DNA of 64,000 nucleotides from the NCBI GenBank assembly GCA_965217115.1, contig OZ244239.1, forward strand, positions 672,001 to 736,000, read 5' to 3'. The notes beneath the pieces are model-generated. The model worked only from the letters and a program-made list of their open reading frames with translations, did no database searches and was not told the origin of the DNA. Source of the stretch: Bdellovibrionales bacterium. Lineage in GTDB: Bacteria; Bdellovibrionota; Bdellovibrionia; Bdellovibrionales; CAYMLA01. Within the stretch, counting starts at the first letter, position 1. Each line of letters begins with the position of its first letter. Of the stretch, positions 30,570 through 41,175 are shown piece by piece. Position numbers and translations under genes: made by a program.

Positions 30570-32189
30570 TTAAAGCTTATTAATACGAGTCTTGAAGAAA
30601 TCATTCCCCTTGTCATCCACAATAATAAACGCGGGAAAGTTCTCCACATCTATTTTCCAAATAGCTTCCATACCTAGCTCTTCATATTCAAGAACTTCAA
30701 TATGTTTAATACACTCTTTTCCTAAGCGGGCCGCAGGACCACCAACAGAGCCCAAATAAAAGCCTCCATGGGTTTTGCAAGCATCTGTCACCTCTTGAGT
30801 GCGGTTTCCCTTTCCAAGCATAATCATCGACCCACCATGACTCTGAAATAACGGCACATATGGATCCATTCTTTGGGAAGTGGTTGGTCCAAAAGCCCCT
30901 GATATCTCTCCTTTAGGAGTTTTTGCTGGCCCTGCATAATACACTAGCATTTCCTTAAAATAATCAGGCAAATCTTTTCCGTCATCCAAAAGGTCTTTTA
31001 ATTTGGCATGTGCGCTATCACGAGCCACACACATAGTTCCTGTTAACATCACACGTGTCGCTACTTTTAGGCCTGAAAATATTTTCAAAATCTCTTTCAT
31101 CGGTTGATTTAAATTAATATTAATTTCCTCTTGGTCACTATCAACGACACTCGTTGGTAAAAAACGAGCTGGATTCATTTCAAGCTTTTCAAGAAATAAC
31201 CCCTCTTTATTAATCTTTGCCTTAATTTGTCGATCTGCCGAACAACTCACTCCAATTCCCACAGGGCAAGAAGCCCCATGGCGTGGTAATCGTATCACTC
31301 TTACATCATGCACAAAATATTTTCCCCCAAATTGCGCCCCAATCTCCGTTTCCCGAGACCATTGATGGATGCTCTTTTCCATCTCCCTATCTCGGAAAGC
31401 ACGGCCCAGCTTATTACCACTCGTAGGTAATTCATCCAAATCATGACAAGAAGCTAACTTAACTGTTTTTAAGTTTGCCTCAGCCGAAGTACCACCTATC
31501 ACCACAGCCAAATGGTAAGGTGGGCAGGCTGCTGTTCCCAACTTAACAATTTCTTCCCTAATAAACAGTTCCATAGAAGATGGATTTAAAAGAGCCTTTG
31601 TCTTTTGGAAAAAATACGTTTTGTTAGCACTCCCCCCGCCCTTAGCTACAAATAAGAATTTATATTCATCACCTGAGCAGGCATAAATATCTATCTGCGC
31701 AGGTAGATTGCTACCCGTATTCTCTTCTTCAAACATAGACAAGGGAGCTATCTGGCTATAACGCAAATTGCGTTCGTGGAATGTTTTATAAACACCTTTC
31801 GATAAAAATTCACTATCATCCACTCCTGTATAAACTCCCTCTCCTTTTTTACCCATAATTATTGCTGTCCCTGTGTCTTGACAGGAAGGAAATACCATTT
31901 CAGAGGCTATCACTGCGTTTCGTAAAAGATCTAATGCCACGTAACGATCATTATCTGAAGCCTCAGAGTCCTTTAAAATAAGAGACAACTGCTCTAAATG
32001 AGATGCTCTCAACAAGTGAGAAATATCCTTGAATGCTTCCTGACTCAAGAGAACTAAGGCCTCAGGAGCAATCTTTAGAACCTCCCTCTTTCCCTGAACC
32101 TCAACACTGACAAAATCCTTTGAAAGTAACCTATATTCCGTCGAAGACTCATTCAAATTAATAATTGGCTGATAGATAAAATGAGACAT
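30570..32189 (-). CDS. fumA: Fumarate hydratase class I (Fe-S)
   Basis: [34 protein letters not shown]. Confidence 0.95.
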   Translation of the reverse strand: MSHFIYQPIINLNESSTEYRLLSKDFVSVEVQGKREVLKIAPEALVLLSQEAFKDISHLLRASHLEQLSLILKDSEASDNDRYVALDLLRNAVIASEMVFPSCQDTGTAIIMGKKGEGVYTGVDDSEFLSKGVYKTFHERNLRYSQIAPLSMFEEENTGSNLPAQIDIYACSGDEYKFLFVAKGGGSANKTYFFQKTKALLNPSSMELFIREEIVKLGTAACPPYHLAVVIGGTSAEANLKTVKLASCHDLDELPTSGNKLGRAFRDREMEKSIHQWSRETEIGAQFGGKYFVHDVRVIRLPRHGASCPVGIGVSCSADRQIKAKINKEGLFLEKLEMNPARFLPTSVVDSDQEEININLNQPMKEILKIFSGLKVATRVMLTGTMCVARDSAHAKLKDLLDDGKDLPDYFKEMLVYYAGPAKTPKGEISGAFGPTTSQRMDPYVPLFQSHGGSMIMLGKGNRTQEVTDACKTHGGFYLGSVGGPAARLGKECIKHIEVLEYEELGMEAIWKIDVENFPAFIIVDDKGNDFFKTRINKL

Positions 32190-32195
32190 CTTATC

Positions 32196-33578
32196 TTAAA
32201 CCTCTATTCCGTAGCTTTTAATCTTACGATGCAAATAACTTCTTTCAAGACCAATCACTTCTGCTGTCTTACTAATATTACCACCATTATCTTTAATCTT
32301 CTGCATCAGATATTTTTTTTCAAAAGCCGCTCTCGCCTGACGAAAAGTTGTGAATTCTGCAATAGAACCAACAGAGGGGGGCATTAGACTCTCAGGATCT
32401 AATAAACCAGCAAAACGAATATCATGAACATCCACATGCTCTCCTGGAGTTAAAATATAAATTCTCTCAATAAAATTTCGTAACTCTCTTACATTTCCAG
32501 GCCATTCGTAATTTACCAATGTTTGCAAAGCAGCTTTCGAAAAATTCTTTCTTAAAAACCCACCTTCTCGGCAAAAAATAGCATTGAAATGGAGTACTAA
32601 TACAGGCACATCTTCTCTTCTATCCCTCAAATCAGGTATCTCTAAAATATTTAACGCCAAACGTTGATACAGATCTTCTCTAAACTCACCTTTTGCAACT
32701 TTTTCCGCTAAATCTATGGTTGTCGCCATCACAATACGGATATCAACAACAAACTTTTCTTCTAATTTATTAAAACACCCATCTTGAAGAATTTGTATCA
32801 ACACCCCTTGAGCCTCTAAACTCAAGTGCTCTACATTATTCAAGTAGAGTGTACCACCGTGGGCCAACTCTACCTTCCCCTTCCTCAGCTCCCCCCCTGG
32901 CAGCTCTTGTTCACAATAACCAAATAGCTCTCCATACAAAAGCTCCGATGGAATCGCTGCACAGTTTAACTCCACAAAAGAAGCCCCTATCCTCGGACTT
33001 AAATAGTGACAATTCTGGGCTAAGAGGCATTTTCCACTCCCTTCACTTCCGTAAAGTAAAACCCAATTAGGAGAAGAGGCCACCCTCGCGATCACCTTTT
33101 TCACATTCATCATAGATTTACTATCGCCTACAATCGCAATATCTTTACGTAGCCTATTAAGAAGAGATTTTTTTTCATCCCTAGCTTGTCTCAGAGTCGA
33201 TATGTTTGAGATCAGAATTGAAACCTTATCAATAGATATTGGCTTTTCTATGAAATCCCAAGCCCCTAACTTAGTTGCCTTAACCGCTGTCTCAATCGTT
33301 CCGTGACCAGACATGACTATAAACTCTGGTTCAGAAATTCTCTTGTTCTGCGCCATCTCTTTAAAACGCTTTAAAACCCCTATACCGTCTATAGCCCCTG
33401 GCATCCAGATATCTAAGAGCACAATACTTGGTCTATTTTTTTCAATACTCAATAATCCACTTTGGCCATCTCTGGCAGTCAGTACCTCATGCCCTTCATC
33501 TTCTAATGAAGCCCCAAGAACCTCTCGAATAGGCTTTTCATCATCAATAATAAGAATTTTCTGTTTCCTCTTCCTCAC
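32196..33578 (-). CDS. ntrX: NtrX-like response regulator with degenerate AAA+ domain
   Basis: REC (LLDIWMP, SGHGTIETAVKATKLGA), Fis HTH (GLERSYLHRKIK); GAFTGA and Walker B motifs are altered. Follows the ntrY-like gene. Confidence 0.8.
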   Translation of the reverse strand: MRKRKQKILIIDDEKPIREVLGASLEDEGHEVLTARDGQSGLLSIEKNRPSIVLLDIWMPGAIDGIGVLKRFKEMAQNKRISEPEFIVMSGHGTIETAVKATKLGAWDFIEKPISIDKVSILISNISTLRQARDEKKSLLNRLRKDIAIVGDSKSMMNVKKVIARVASSPNWVLLYGSEGSGKCLLAQNCHYLSPRIGASFVELNCAAIPSELLYGELFGYCEQELPGGELRKGKVELAHGGTLYLNNVEHLSLEAQGVLIQILQDGCFNKLEEKFVVDIRIVMATTIDLAEKVAKGEFREDLYQRLALNILEIPDLRDRREDVPVLVLHFNAIFCREGGFLRKNFSKAALQTLVNYEWPGNVRELRNFIERIYILTPGEHVDVHDIRFAGLLDPESLMPPSVGSIAEFTTFRQARAAFEKKYLMQKIKDNGGNISKTAEVIGLERSYLHRKIKSYGIEV

Positions 33579-33613
33579 TCTCTCTAAAACTCCTTATAAT
33601 ACTTCATCACTTG

Positions 33614-35818
33614 TCATCTGACTGGTAGCTCAATAACAAACTCAGTCCCTTGAACATTAGACACAACACGAATAAATCCATTATGGTCTTGTATAATTCT
33701 TTTTACAATGGGTAATCCCAACCCTGTTCCACTTTTTTTTGTGGAAAAATACGGTTCAAAAACACGACTCATCTCTTGATCAGGAATACCCACACCATTG
33801 TCCATCACGCTTAATCGAACAAGATTCAGATCTGAATGATATGATATTTTAATTTTAACCACCCCTCCCTCCTCAGGAAGGGAAGATAAGGCATTCTCTA
33901 ATAGATTATTTAAAACTCTTTTCATTTGATCAGGATCAAACCTAAACTTTGGCAACTCCTTATCTTCAATAAATTCAAATTTCGCACTGTAGCCAGTTTG
34001 ATAAAATGTCACCAAATCTTTCACAAACGAATTAAAACAAGACAGCACTGGTTTCACCTGTGGTAGTCTAGCAAAACTATTAAATTCATTAACTAAAGTT
34101 TTTAAGCTCTCACTCATATCAATAATCATCGTCGTGCAGACTTTAAATGCTGGATCTTTTATCTCATCACCAAACTTTTTTTGTAAACGCTCTGCTGATA
34201 ATTTAATCGGTGTTAAAGGGTTCTTAATTTCATGGGCTATCCTCTTAGCGACTTCTGACCAAGCAGCTGCCCGCTGCGCATTGATCACAGGAGTTAAATC
34301 ATCAAAAGCGATAATCTTACCTATATCTTTTTCCGCACTATCCTTCAAGTTACTCAAAGTTAACTGCAAAGGAACTACCTCATCGCCAATATCAACACGA
34401 ATTTCTCTTCTCAGGTCCTCTGCAGCATGATTGTTTAGTTCTTCCAATAAGCCTCTAAAAACCTCTCCCTCATCTTTTATGAGAGATGTTATGTGTTTTC
34501 CTATGAAATCCTGTGGTTGAACATTCAGTAACTGACACGCATGGTGGTTTAACATTTTAATTCTATCTTCCGTGTCCAAGGAGACAACTCCCTCACTCAC
34601 ATTGGACAACACCATCTCTATGTAGCGATTATGCTTATCCATGCTCTTCAGTGCTTCCTTTAAATTATAATTAGATTCTTCCACTTCTCTCTGCCATTTT
34701 GCCAGATCATTGGTCATATAATTAAAATCGTTAATTAATTGCTGGATTTCATCACTCCCCGTTTCCATACGAATTTCTCGATAATCTCCAGTGGCCACTC
34801 TCCGTGTTGCTTTTCCTAAAAAAATCAGCGGAATCGACAATTGTCTCGCCAGATGCACTCCAAACCATGTCGCTCCAAACATAATCACTAAGGCCATTAA
34901 AGATAAAATCAACAAATAGATAGATTTCAAAGGAAGCTTAAAGTCACTAATTCCTCTATAATTATCATAGGTCTCTGTAATCACATTCATTTGTGAAATT
35001 AGAGACAATGGAATTATTCTGGACACAACGATTGCTCCTTGCACCCTCCTCCCATTAACTGGGACAATGACTCGAATAAGATTCCCCTTACCAAACTGAT
35101 GAATTGAACTGGCCTCAACTCTTTGCTTCAACCCTTTATCAAATAACTCTAAAGAAATCTTTGGTATATGAAAGGCCTCATGAGTTGATTTCACCGATAT
35201 CAAGCGACGGGATAAAATATCTGGGTAGTATTCCAAAACATCTAGATCAAGATTTCGTCGTGTCGTCGTTATTTTTTTCTTAATACTCTTTAAACTTCTC
35301 TCTTTAGCTATACTCTTAGCTATTTTGTGAGCAAAATAATAGTTTTTTTTCTTAGCATCTAAATAGTAAGAGTTCGTCACTTCAAGAGATGTTTTTAAAA
35401 TATCAGAGGTCTGCCCACTAAACCACTTGTTAAAACTACTATTAATATAAAACACCGATAGAACAAACATCAAAACTGTAGGGATAATACTATAGGCAAC
35501 AAAAGACACAATGAGTTTACTCTTTAGAGACCCCCCAACTAAACGTCCTCGACGTTCAGAAAAAACTTTAACAATATTGCGAAATATTAAGAACAAAACA
35601 AATAACAATAAAATTATATTGAAATTAATTAATCCAAAGAAAAAAACTGAATGGGCAAGAGGAAATACTCGACCCATATCAAAGAAACTAGCCTCCACCC
35701 AACTCAAAAGGATGAACATGAAAATCAAGGCCAAAACAGTAAACACTTCTCGTTTACGCTTCCGCACCTCCTTAAGTCGTTTCTTTAGTTCATTAGTTCT
35801 TTTGTCTATTTTTTTCAC
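33614..35818 (-). CDS. ntrY: NtrY-like sensor histidine kinase (TM-HAMP-PAS-HisKA-HATPase)
   Basis: AQRAAAWSEVAKRIAHEIKNPLTPIKLSAERL signature, HAMP, PAS, GTGLGL. Confidence 0.9.
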   Translation of the reverse strand: MKKIDKRTNELKKRLKEVRKRKREVFTVLALIFMFILLSWVEASFFDMGRVFPLAHSVFFFGLINFNIILLLFVLFLIFRNIVKVFSERRGRLVGGSLKSKLIVSFVAYSIIPTVLMFVLSVFYINSSFNKWFSGQTSDILKTSLEVTNSYYLDAKKKNYYFAHKIAKSIAKERSLKSIKKKITTTRRNLDLDVLEYYPDILSRRLISVKSTHEAFHIPKISLELFDKGLKQRVEASSIHQFGKGNLIRVIVPVNGRRVQGAIVVSRIIPLSLISQMNVITETYDNYRGISDFKLPLKSIYLLILSLMALVIMFGATWFGVHLARQLSIPLIFLGKATRRVATGDYREIRMETGSDEIQQLINDFNYMTNDLAKWQREVEESNYNLKEALKSMDKHNRYIEMVLSNVSEGVVSLDTEDRIKMLNHHACQLLNVQPQDFIGKHITSLIKDEGEVFRGLLEELNNHAAEDLRREIRVDIGDEVVPLQLTLSNLKDSAEKDIGKIIAFDDLTPVINAQRAAAWSEVAKRIAHEIKNPLTPIKLSAERLQKKFGDEIKDPAFKVCTTMIIDMSESLKTLVNEFNSFARLPQVKPVLSCFNSFVKDLVTFYQTGYSAKFEFIEDKELPKFRFDPDQMKRVLNNLLENALSSLPEEGGVVKIKISYHSDLNLVRLSVMDNGVGIPDQEMSRVFEPYFSTKKSGTGLGLPIVKRIIQDHNGFIRVVSNVQGTEFVIELPVR

Positions 35819-35825
35819 AGCAGTC

Positions 35826-36296
35826 TTATTTCTTCAGGATTCTTATGGAGTTCAACATTTCAACCGTAACTTCAGCCGCGTCAAAACCTTTATTTCCTTT
35901 ACGACCACCAGCTCTTTCCAATGCCTGTGTTTTATCTTCCGTTGTTAAAACTCCAAAACCAATGGGTGCTGAGTATTCTAAAATTAGATGAGTAATTCCT
36001 CTTTCTACGCTTTGGCAAACATAGTCATAATGACTCGTCTCTCCTCGTATAACAACGCCCAAAACTACAATTCCATCACAGTTTTCCTCTAAAAGAGTTT
36101 TTGCCATCAATGGAATCTCAACAACTCCAGGAACTCTGACGATAGATAATTCATTTTTTGAATAGCCTATTTTAAGTAAGGCCTCGATAGCACCTTCTTC
36201 AAGTTTCTTCGTAACATCTCGATTAAAACGAGCTGTGACAAGCCCAATACGTGTCCCTTCTATCTTGTCTAATTTTCCTTGAATAAAATCACTCAT
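35826..36296 (-). CDS. ribH: 6,7-dimethyl-8-ribityllumazine synthase
   Basis: ARFN, VPGVVEIP, LGVVIRGETSHYDYV, GNKG. Confidence 0.96.
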   Translation of the reverse strand: MSDFIQGKLDKIEGTRIGLVTARFNRDVTKKLEEGAIEALLKIGYSKNELSIVRVPGVVEIPLMAKTLLEENCDGIVVLGVVIRGETSHYDYVCQSVERGITHLILEYSAPIGFGVLTTEDKTQALERAGGRKGNKGFDAAEVTVEMLNSIRILKK

Positions 36297-36302
36297 CTTA
36301 TA

Positions 36303-37460
36303 TTACCCCATGTTAAAAGGATCATTGTCTGTCAGAGAAGACTGAAACGTTCCTCTTAAAGGAACTGTTTCAATAATTTTCAAATCATACCCAATAATTC
36401 CTGCTCTTTTAACTGGTTGATTCGCAATCAAGCGAATTTCACTCACTCCTAACTCTCTAAGAATTTGAGCCCCAACTCCATAATCTTTCTGATCCATGTG
36501 ACGTGACTCTTTATTAGAATTCAAATCTCTTAACTCCTGAACCATATCTTCCTGCCTCTGACCACGAAGATAGAGAAGGATTCCAGAACCCTCTTTTTCA
36601 ATCATTTTTAATGACACCAAGAGAGGGGAATCCACCCCTTCTTTAAATCCTCTCAACAAATCACGAGTGACCGATTCTAATTGAACTCGCACAAGAGTTG
36701 GTTTATTTACTTCAACCTCTCCCTTCTGAAAGACTAAATGTTCACTATCATCAATAAGGCTCTGAAAAGCTCGAATTCTAAAACCTTCTCCAAATGAATT
36801 TTTCTCAAATTCATGGCTCACAACTTCTTTTACCAATGTTTCATTCTGCAGACGATATTGAATAAGACTAGCAATCGTACCTATCTTTAATTGATGCTTG
36901 TGAGCAAAAACTCTTAGATCATCCACTCTTGCCATTGTACCGTCTTCATTCATAACTTCACAAATAACCGCCGTTGGACTTAATCCTGCCAATTTGGCTA
37001 AATCTACACTCGCCTCCGTATGACCAGCCCTCTTTAAAACACCACCTGCTTGTGCCCTTAACGGAAAAATATGACCTGGCACGATAATATCTTCTCTTTT
37101 CACATCAGAACGAGATGCTACATAAATTGTATGGGAACGGTCAGCTGCCGAAATCCCTGTTGTTACACCTGATGCTGCTTCAATACTCACTGTAAATGCC
37201 GTTTTATTAGAAGAATAATTCTTCGCCTCCTTAATCATCAATGGCAACTCTAATCTATCAACGTGTTTTCTTGTTAAAGATAAACAAATTAACCCTCGAG
37301 CCTCTTTAGCCATAAAATTAATGACTTCGGGGGTTACCTTATCAGCTGCTAAAATCAAATCCCCTTCATTCTCTCTATCCTCATCATCAATAAGAATAAC
37401 CATCTTTCCCTGACGGATATCTTCGATAATCTCTACAATATCATGAAAATTCTTATTCAC
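36303..37460 (-). CDS. ribB: DHBP synthase fused to a degenerate GTP cyclohydrolase II domain (RibBX type)
   Basis: DDEDRENEGD, TGISAADR, RAGHTEA, ICE. The C-terminal GCHII-like domain lacks the Zn-binding Cys residues. Confidence 0.9.
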   Translation of the reverse strand: MNKNFHDIVEIIEDIRQGKMVILIDDEDRENEGDLILAADKVTPEVINFMAKEARGLICLSLTRKHVDRLELPLMIKEAKNYSSNKTAFTVSIEAASGVTTGISAADRSHTIYVASRSDVKREDIIVPGHIFPLRAQAGGVLKRAGHTEASVDLAKLAGLSPTAVICEVMNEDGTMARVDDLRVFAHKHQLKIGTIASLIQYRLQNETLVKEVVSHEFEKNSFGEGFRIRAFQSLIDDSEHLVFQKGEVEVNKPTLVRVQLESVTRDLLRGFKEGVDSPLLVSLKMIEKEGSGILLYLRGQRQEDMVQELRDLNSNKESRHMDQKDYGVGAQILRELGVSEIRLIANQPVKRAGIIGYDLKIIETVPLRGTFQSSLTDNDPFNMG

Positions 37461-37516
37461 TCTGCACTTCTCACTTTTGTTATTACCGATTCAAAAAAAC
37501 TTTATCGCACAACAAG

Positions 37517-38134
37517 CTAATTTCTGCTATTTAATTGTAAATTTCTCACCATAGCACGAGCCATATAGTCAGGTTCAATATGTACTCCCTCCCCCTCTTT
37601 GACCATAGAGAGATTTGTTCTCTTCATAGACTCAGGAATTAAGCATATTTCCACGGAAATATCATCTAATTTATTTATAGTTAAGCTCACCCCGTTGACT
37701 GTAATACTGCCTTTCTTCCATATAAACGGCAATACCGACTCAGGAACCTCAAACTCAATGATTCGAGATTCTCCCAAATCCTCCACTCTTGTAATTTTCC
37801 CCACTCCTTCCACGTGACCCGTCACCAAATGACCATGAATTCGATCTCCCAAGCACAAGGACCTCTCAACATTGAAACACCAATTATGACTGGGGGGGGA
37901 ACTCTTGAAACGCTCACGCCATTGTAAAATTTTTAAGGACTCTGCGGCAAGGGCAAAGGTCATGATTTCATCGTCAAATTCTTCAACTGTCAAACAGACG
38001 CCGTCAACAGCCACGCTATCACCCGCCTTTAAATCATCAAAAAAAGGGGGCCTTTCTAGAGCTAACTCAACATTTTCTTCCCGTTCTTTAATCTCTCTGA
38101 CTTTGACACAAGCCTCGACAACACCTGAAAACAT
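37517..38134 (-). CDS. ribE: Riboflavin synthase (alpha chain)
   Basis: MFSGVV, GDSVAVDGVCLTV, GHLVTGHV, KGSITVNGVSLT. Confidence 0.95.
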   Translation of the reverse strand: MFSGVVEACVKVREIKEREENVELALERPPFFDDLKAGDSVAVDGVCLTVEEFDDEIMTFALAAESLKILQWRERFKSSPPSHNWCFNVERSLCLGDRIHGHLVTGHVEGVGKITRVEDLGESRIIEFEVPESVLPFIWKKGSITVNGVSLTINKLDDISVEICLIPESMKRTNLSMVKEGEGVHIEPDYMARAMVRNLQLNSRN

Positions 38135-38223
38135 AATAATTCACCACTCAAAAAGGATTACACAAAATCCCCCGAAGAGTAATCTCTATACCCATAACAC
38201 GTCAACAAAACCAAGTAAATAAA

Positions 38224-38430
38224 GGTATTTATAACAAATAGTGGAAGAACTGCCGCCCCTCAAAAAGAGATCGCCTTTTTAAAAACCTTCGACTCTAGGA
38301 AGAACACTAGAGGCTAAGGATTTACAAAAAAAAAATACTCACCTCTTTTTTATTTATTCATGGAATGAACTTTATTTTTTATCCATAAAGTCATAACATT
38401 CTCGATTTTTAAAAATGAGGCTCTTGGGAA
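38224..38430. mobile_element. Degenerate relic of the MITE family
   Basis: GGTATTTATAACAAATAGTGGA resembles the TIR at 59014. ATGAGGCTCTTGGGAA resembles the subterminal ATGAGTCTCTTGGGAA near 59435. Confidence 0.45.
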
Positions 38431-38444
38431 ATCTTGTCCCCTCT

Positions 38445-38471
38445 TTATCGGCTTCTAATGAGTCCGCTTCA
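38445..38471 (-). promoter_or_regulatory. Putative sigma-28 (FliA) promoter facing the rib operon
   Basis: Minus strand TGAA-N15-GCCGATAA; the -10 box is a perfect consensus match. Confidence 0.55.
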
Positions 38472-38482
38472 AAGACACACAC

Positions 38483-39517
38483 TCATTGCTCAGAAGATTG
38501 CTGCACCCATTTCACCTTAGCGCCCAATACAGGGTTAATCAACGTCTGTTCGATCACTCTACCGTGAGCTATGTCTTCTCCTAAATGGCTAATCTCTATC
38601 ACTGCCACAGGCTCTTGTGTCGTTGGCACTCCGCCTAAATAATCTGAATTACATGGTTCTCCTCTCCAATGATGACTCTCATTATAGATTTCAAACTGAT
38701 CTCCCACCTGAATTCCTGAACGTCTACCACCGAGAATGACCAAATGCGTGTCATGCCTCTCAATCACTCGACTCGTCCAAGGTTCATCGTCTAATTGAGC
38801 AGTTAAGTCATTTATGACTTTGCTCAAAGCTCTATGGGTCACATCTGCTAAAGGAGATTCAAAATAAAAGCTAGGGCCTAAACTAAAAGATCCAAAATCT
38901 AATTTCAAATTTATCTTAGTTTTAGTTTGATTAGAAGATGCTTCACTTGCAGCTAATATCGTGCCATTGATCGCATCCTCAACTTCCAAACCTAGATTCA
39001 AAGCAGCTGTTGTCACACTGATCGCTGCTCGGGGAATATATCCCAAATCTGATCCTGGACCTAAACCGAAATCGAGTCCTCCCTTTGATTTGAACTCAAA
39101 ACTGCGAATAGATCCACCTATCTTAACTTGAGGAGAATGGAGCAAGCACTCCGCCTCTTTGCTCCCCTTCATTGAAATAATAGATTTAGCCTTACTCTGC
39201 CAACCTGAATAAACTTTGTAATCAGCTGAGCTGAGCATGGCTCCATGGCTTGTCGATTTTTCCAAACGAGGCATAACATAGCGTTCACTCTCATTGATTA
39301 GATTATAAAGCTGCATGTTTGCAACAAAAGCGAAATCAAACTGGCCACCACCTTCAATATTCATTGGACGTGTTTGAATTTGTCCGACAAGGGCCCTTTT
39401 CTTAAGAACTCTCTCACCGCTTTCTCCAGCAAACTGGTCACAACTCTCATTACCCATAGACAATGCAGCAATAGCAAAAAATAAACCTGCTTTGAAAAAG
39501 TCTCTTAATCCTTTCAT
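38483..39517 (-). CDS. CsgG/FlgT-like exported (lipo)protein
   Basis: GGAGG RBS, signal peptide ending MGNESC, CsgG/FlgT-middle-like region (GGSIRSFEF..LNLGLEVEDAINGTILAA), FlgT C-terminal-like domain (GIQVGDQFEIY). Confidence 0.65.
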   Translation of the reverse strand: MKGLRDFFKAGLFFAIAALSMGNESCDQFAGESGERVLKKRALVGQIQTRPMNIEGGGQFDFAFVANMQLYNLINESERYVMPRLEKSTSHGAMLSSADYKVYSGWQSKAKSIISMKGSKEAECLLHSPQVKIGGSIRSFEFKSKGGLDFGLGPGSDLGYIPRAAISVTTAALNLGLEVEDAINGTILAASEASSNQTKTKINLKLDFGSFSLGPSFYFESPLADVTHRALSKVINDLTAQLDDEPWTSRVIERHDTHLVILGGRRSGIQVGDQFEIYNESHHWRGEPCNSDYLGGVPTTQEPVAVIEISHLGEDIAHGRVIEQTLINPVLGAKVKWVQQSSEQ

Positions 39518-39780
39518 CTCTTCACCTCCAAGAGAAACCTATACCTTAGATTTGTTTTTTCCTCTGGACTTAAGAATAGCCTAGTTTGCAATGTTTCTTC
39601 AAATCTTAGCTAAGCCATGATATTCGCTGCACTTTTCCCATATAAACCCATTATGAGACACTCTAAGTGTCTAGAATTATTTGATTTACATTTTAATACC
39701 AATTTTTATTTTTTTTTACTTGTAAACTTATTAGACTTTTTTCTCAAACTTCTTTGCTTTTCCAGTTTTTTGTTAAACAT

Positions 39781-41118
39781 CTACACAATTTTGTCCCCTT
39801 GAAAAATCACTTCTTCGACACTTTTCCCATTAATTTTTGAATACGTATTTTTCAACCAGTTTTTTTCTGGATGAGAGTGATAAAACGACCATTGTTTTTG
39901 TGGTGCAGGAATCCCCACTTTTTCTGCATCCACGATAGCTTCTTGATTCCTACTGATCCAAGCTGGTTCCACTGGACAATCACTCCCGAAGAAAAAAGGA
40001 ATCCCTCTGTCTTCCATTTTCCTCCAAGGAAAAGTATTATGAATAAGATGACCCACCTTAGACTCCAACCAGTCTCTGTCAGACAGCCAATGGCAGGGCT
40101 GAAAAAAACAAGTTACTTGAAGGGATTTCATTTTTTCAATAGTTTCGTCTCTAACGATCTGAGCATGCTCAATATGAATAGGCCCTTGAATACCTCTGTC
40201 TTGCTTAAGTGAAAATGCCGCCATCACAACTTCATGCACAGCTTGATCTCCGATGGCATGAATAGCTGGAGTTAAACGACTCTCCCAAGACTTAATCATG
40301 ATCTCTTGAATTAGCTGTTGATTTAAAATCCAACATCCCTGTCCTGATCCTGATTTATAGGGCTGACTTATATAAGCTCCTTCTGAGCCCAAGGCACCAT
40401 CAGCAAAAATCTTAATACCTTTTACCTTTAATAAATGTTTTTCTTCATGACGAGCTTGTATCGCATCCTTGATAGATAGCCCATAATCCTCAGCACTAGG
40501 GTGAAAAAAGAACTCTTCAACTCCTAAAGTTAGCTCCTGTTGATCCTCTAACTCACGTGCTAAATGCCACTGTTCAAGTGTACAGGTCATATCGCGAATA
40601 TGAGTGATCCCTTGTTGATTAAATTCTCTCATCCCACGAATAAGAGATTGTTTAAGATATGTTTTTTTCTTTTGTGGCTCAGCAGCAAAAACTAAATCAC
40701 GGGCTGTATCAATGAGCACTCCTGTCGGCAAATCATCCTTATCGCGAATGATCACTCCTCCTTCGGGATCAGGAAATTGATGGGAGTTTTTATCAAACAA
40801 ACCCATTAACTTTAAAGCTTTAGAGTTCACCCAAGAGGCATGAACGTCAGTCCTTATGAAGTGGACAGGATGATTAGGGAAATATTTATCTAATACTTCC
40901 TTTGTAGGAAGTTTTTTATCATCTTGCCAGTCATTCTGATCCCAACCAAATCCCATAAGCCAATCGCCTTTGTAATGATGTGGCTCAATTTTCAAATGAA
41001 CAACATCATCAGGCTTTTTAAGATTCTTTAAAGGGACATAGCTTTCAATTTCGCCTGTCTTCAACCAATGCACGTGACTGTCATAACAGTTTTGAATTTT
41101 CAATAGGCCCACTTTCAA
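39781..41118 (-). CDS. Amidohydrolase family 3 (YtcJ-like)
   Basis: DSHVH, GIKIFADGALGS, HAIGD, IEHAQ, FGSDCPV. Confidence 0.92.
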   Translation of the reverse strand: MKVGLLKIQNCYDSHVHWLKTGEIESYVPLKNLKKPDDVVHLKIEPHHYKGDWLMGFGWDQNDWQDDKKLPTKEVLDKYFPNHPVHFIRTDVHASWVNSKALKLMGLFDKNSHQFPDPEGGVIIRDKDDLPTGVLIDTARDLVFAAEPQKKKTYLKQSLIRGMREFNQQGITHIRDMTCTLEQWHLARELEDQQELTLGVEEFFFHPSAEDYGLSIKDAIQARHEEKHLLKVKGIKIFADGALGSEGAYISQPYKSGSGQGCWILNQQLIQEIMIKSWESRLTPAIHAIGDQAVHEVVMAAFSLKQDRGIQGPIHIEHAQIVRDETIEKMKSLQVTCFFQPCHWLSDRDWLESKVGHLIHNTFPWRKMEDRGIPFFFGSDCPVEPAWISRNQEAIVDAEKVGIPAPQKQWSFYHSHPEKNWLKNTYSKINGKSVEEVIFQGDKIV

Positions 41119-41175
41119 AAAAGCCCACCTGCTAGATGGACTTTTATCGTATGAAAATTAGAATAACAGCTCTTT

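Noticed and set aside
38135..38440. FMN riboswitch upstream of ribE
   Set aside because: Only a short TCTTCGGGG resemblance; the conserved AGGGTGAAATTCCCGACCG core is absent.
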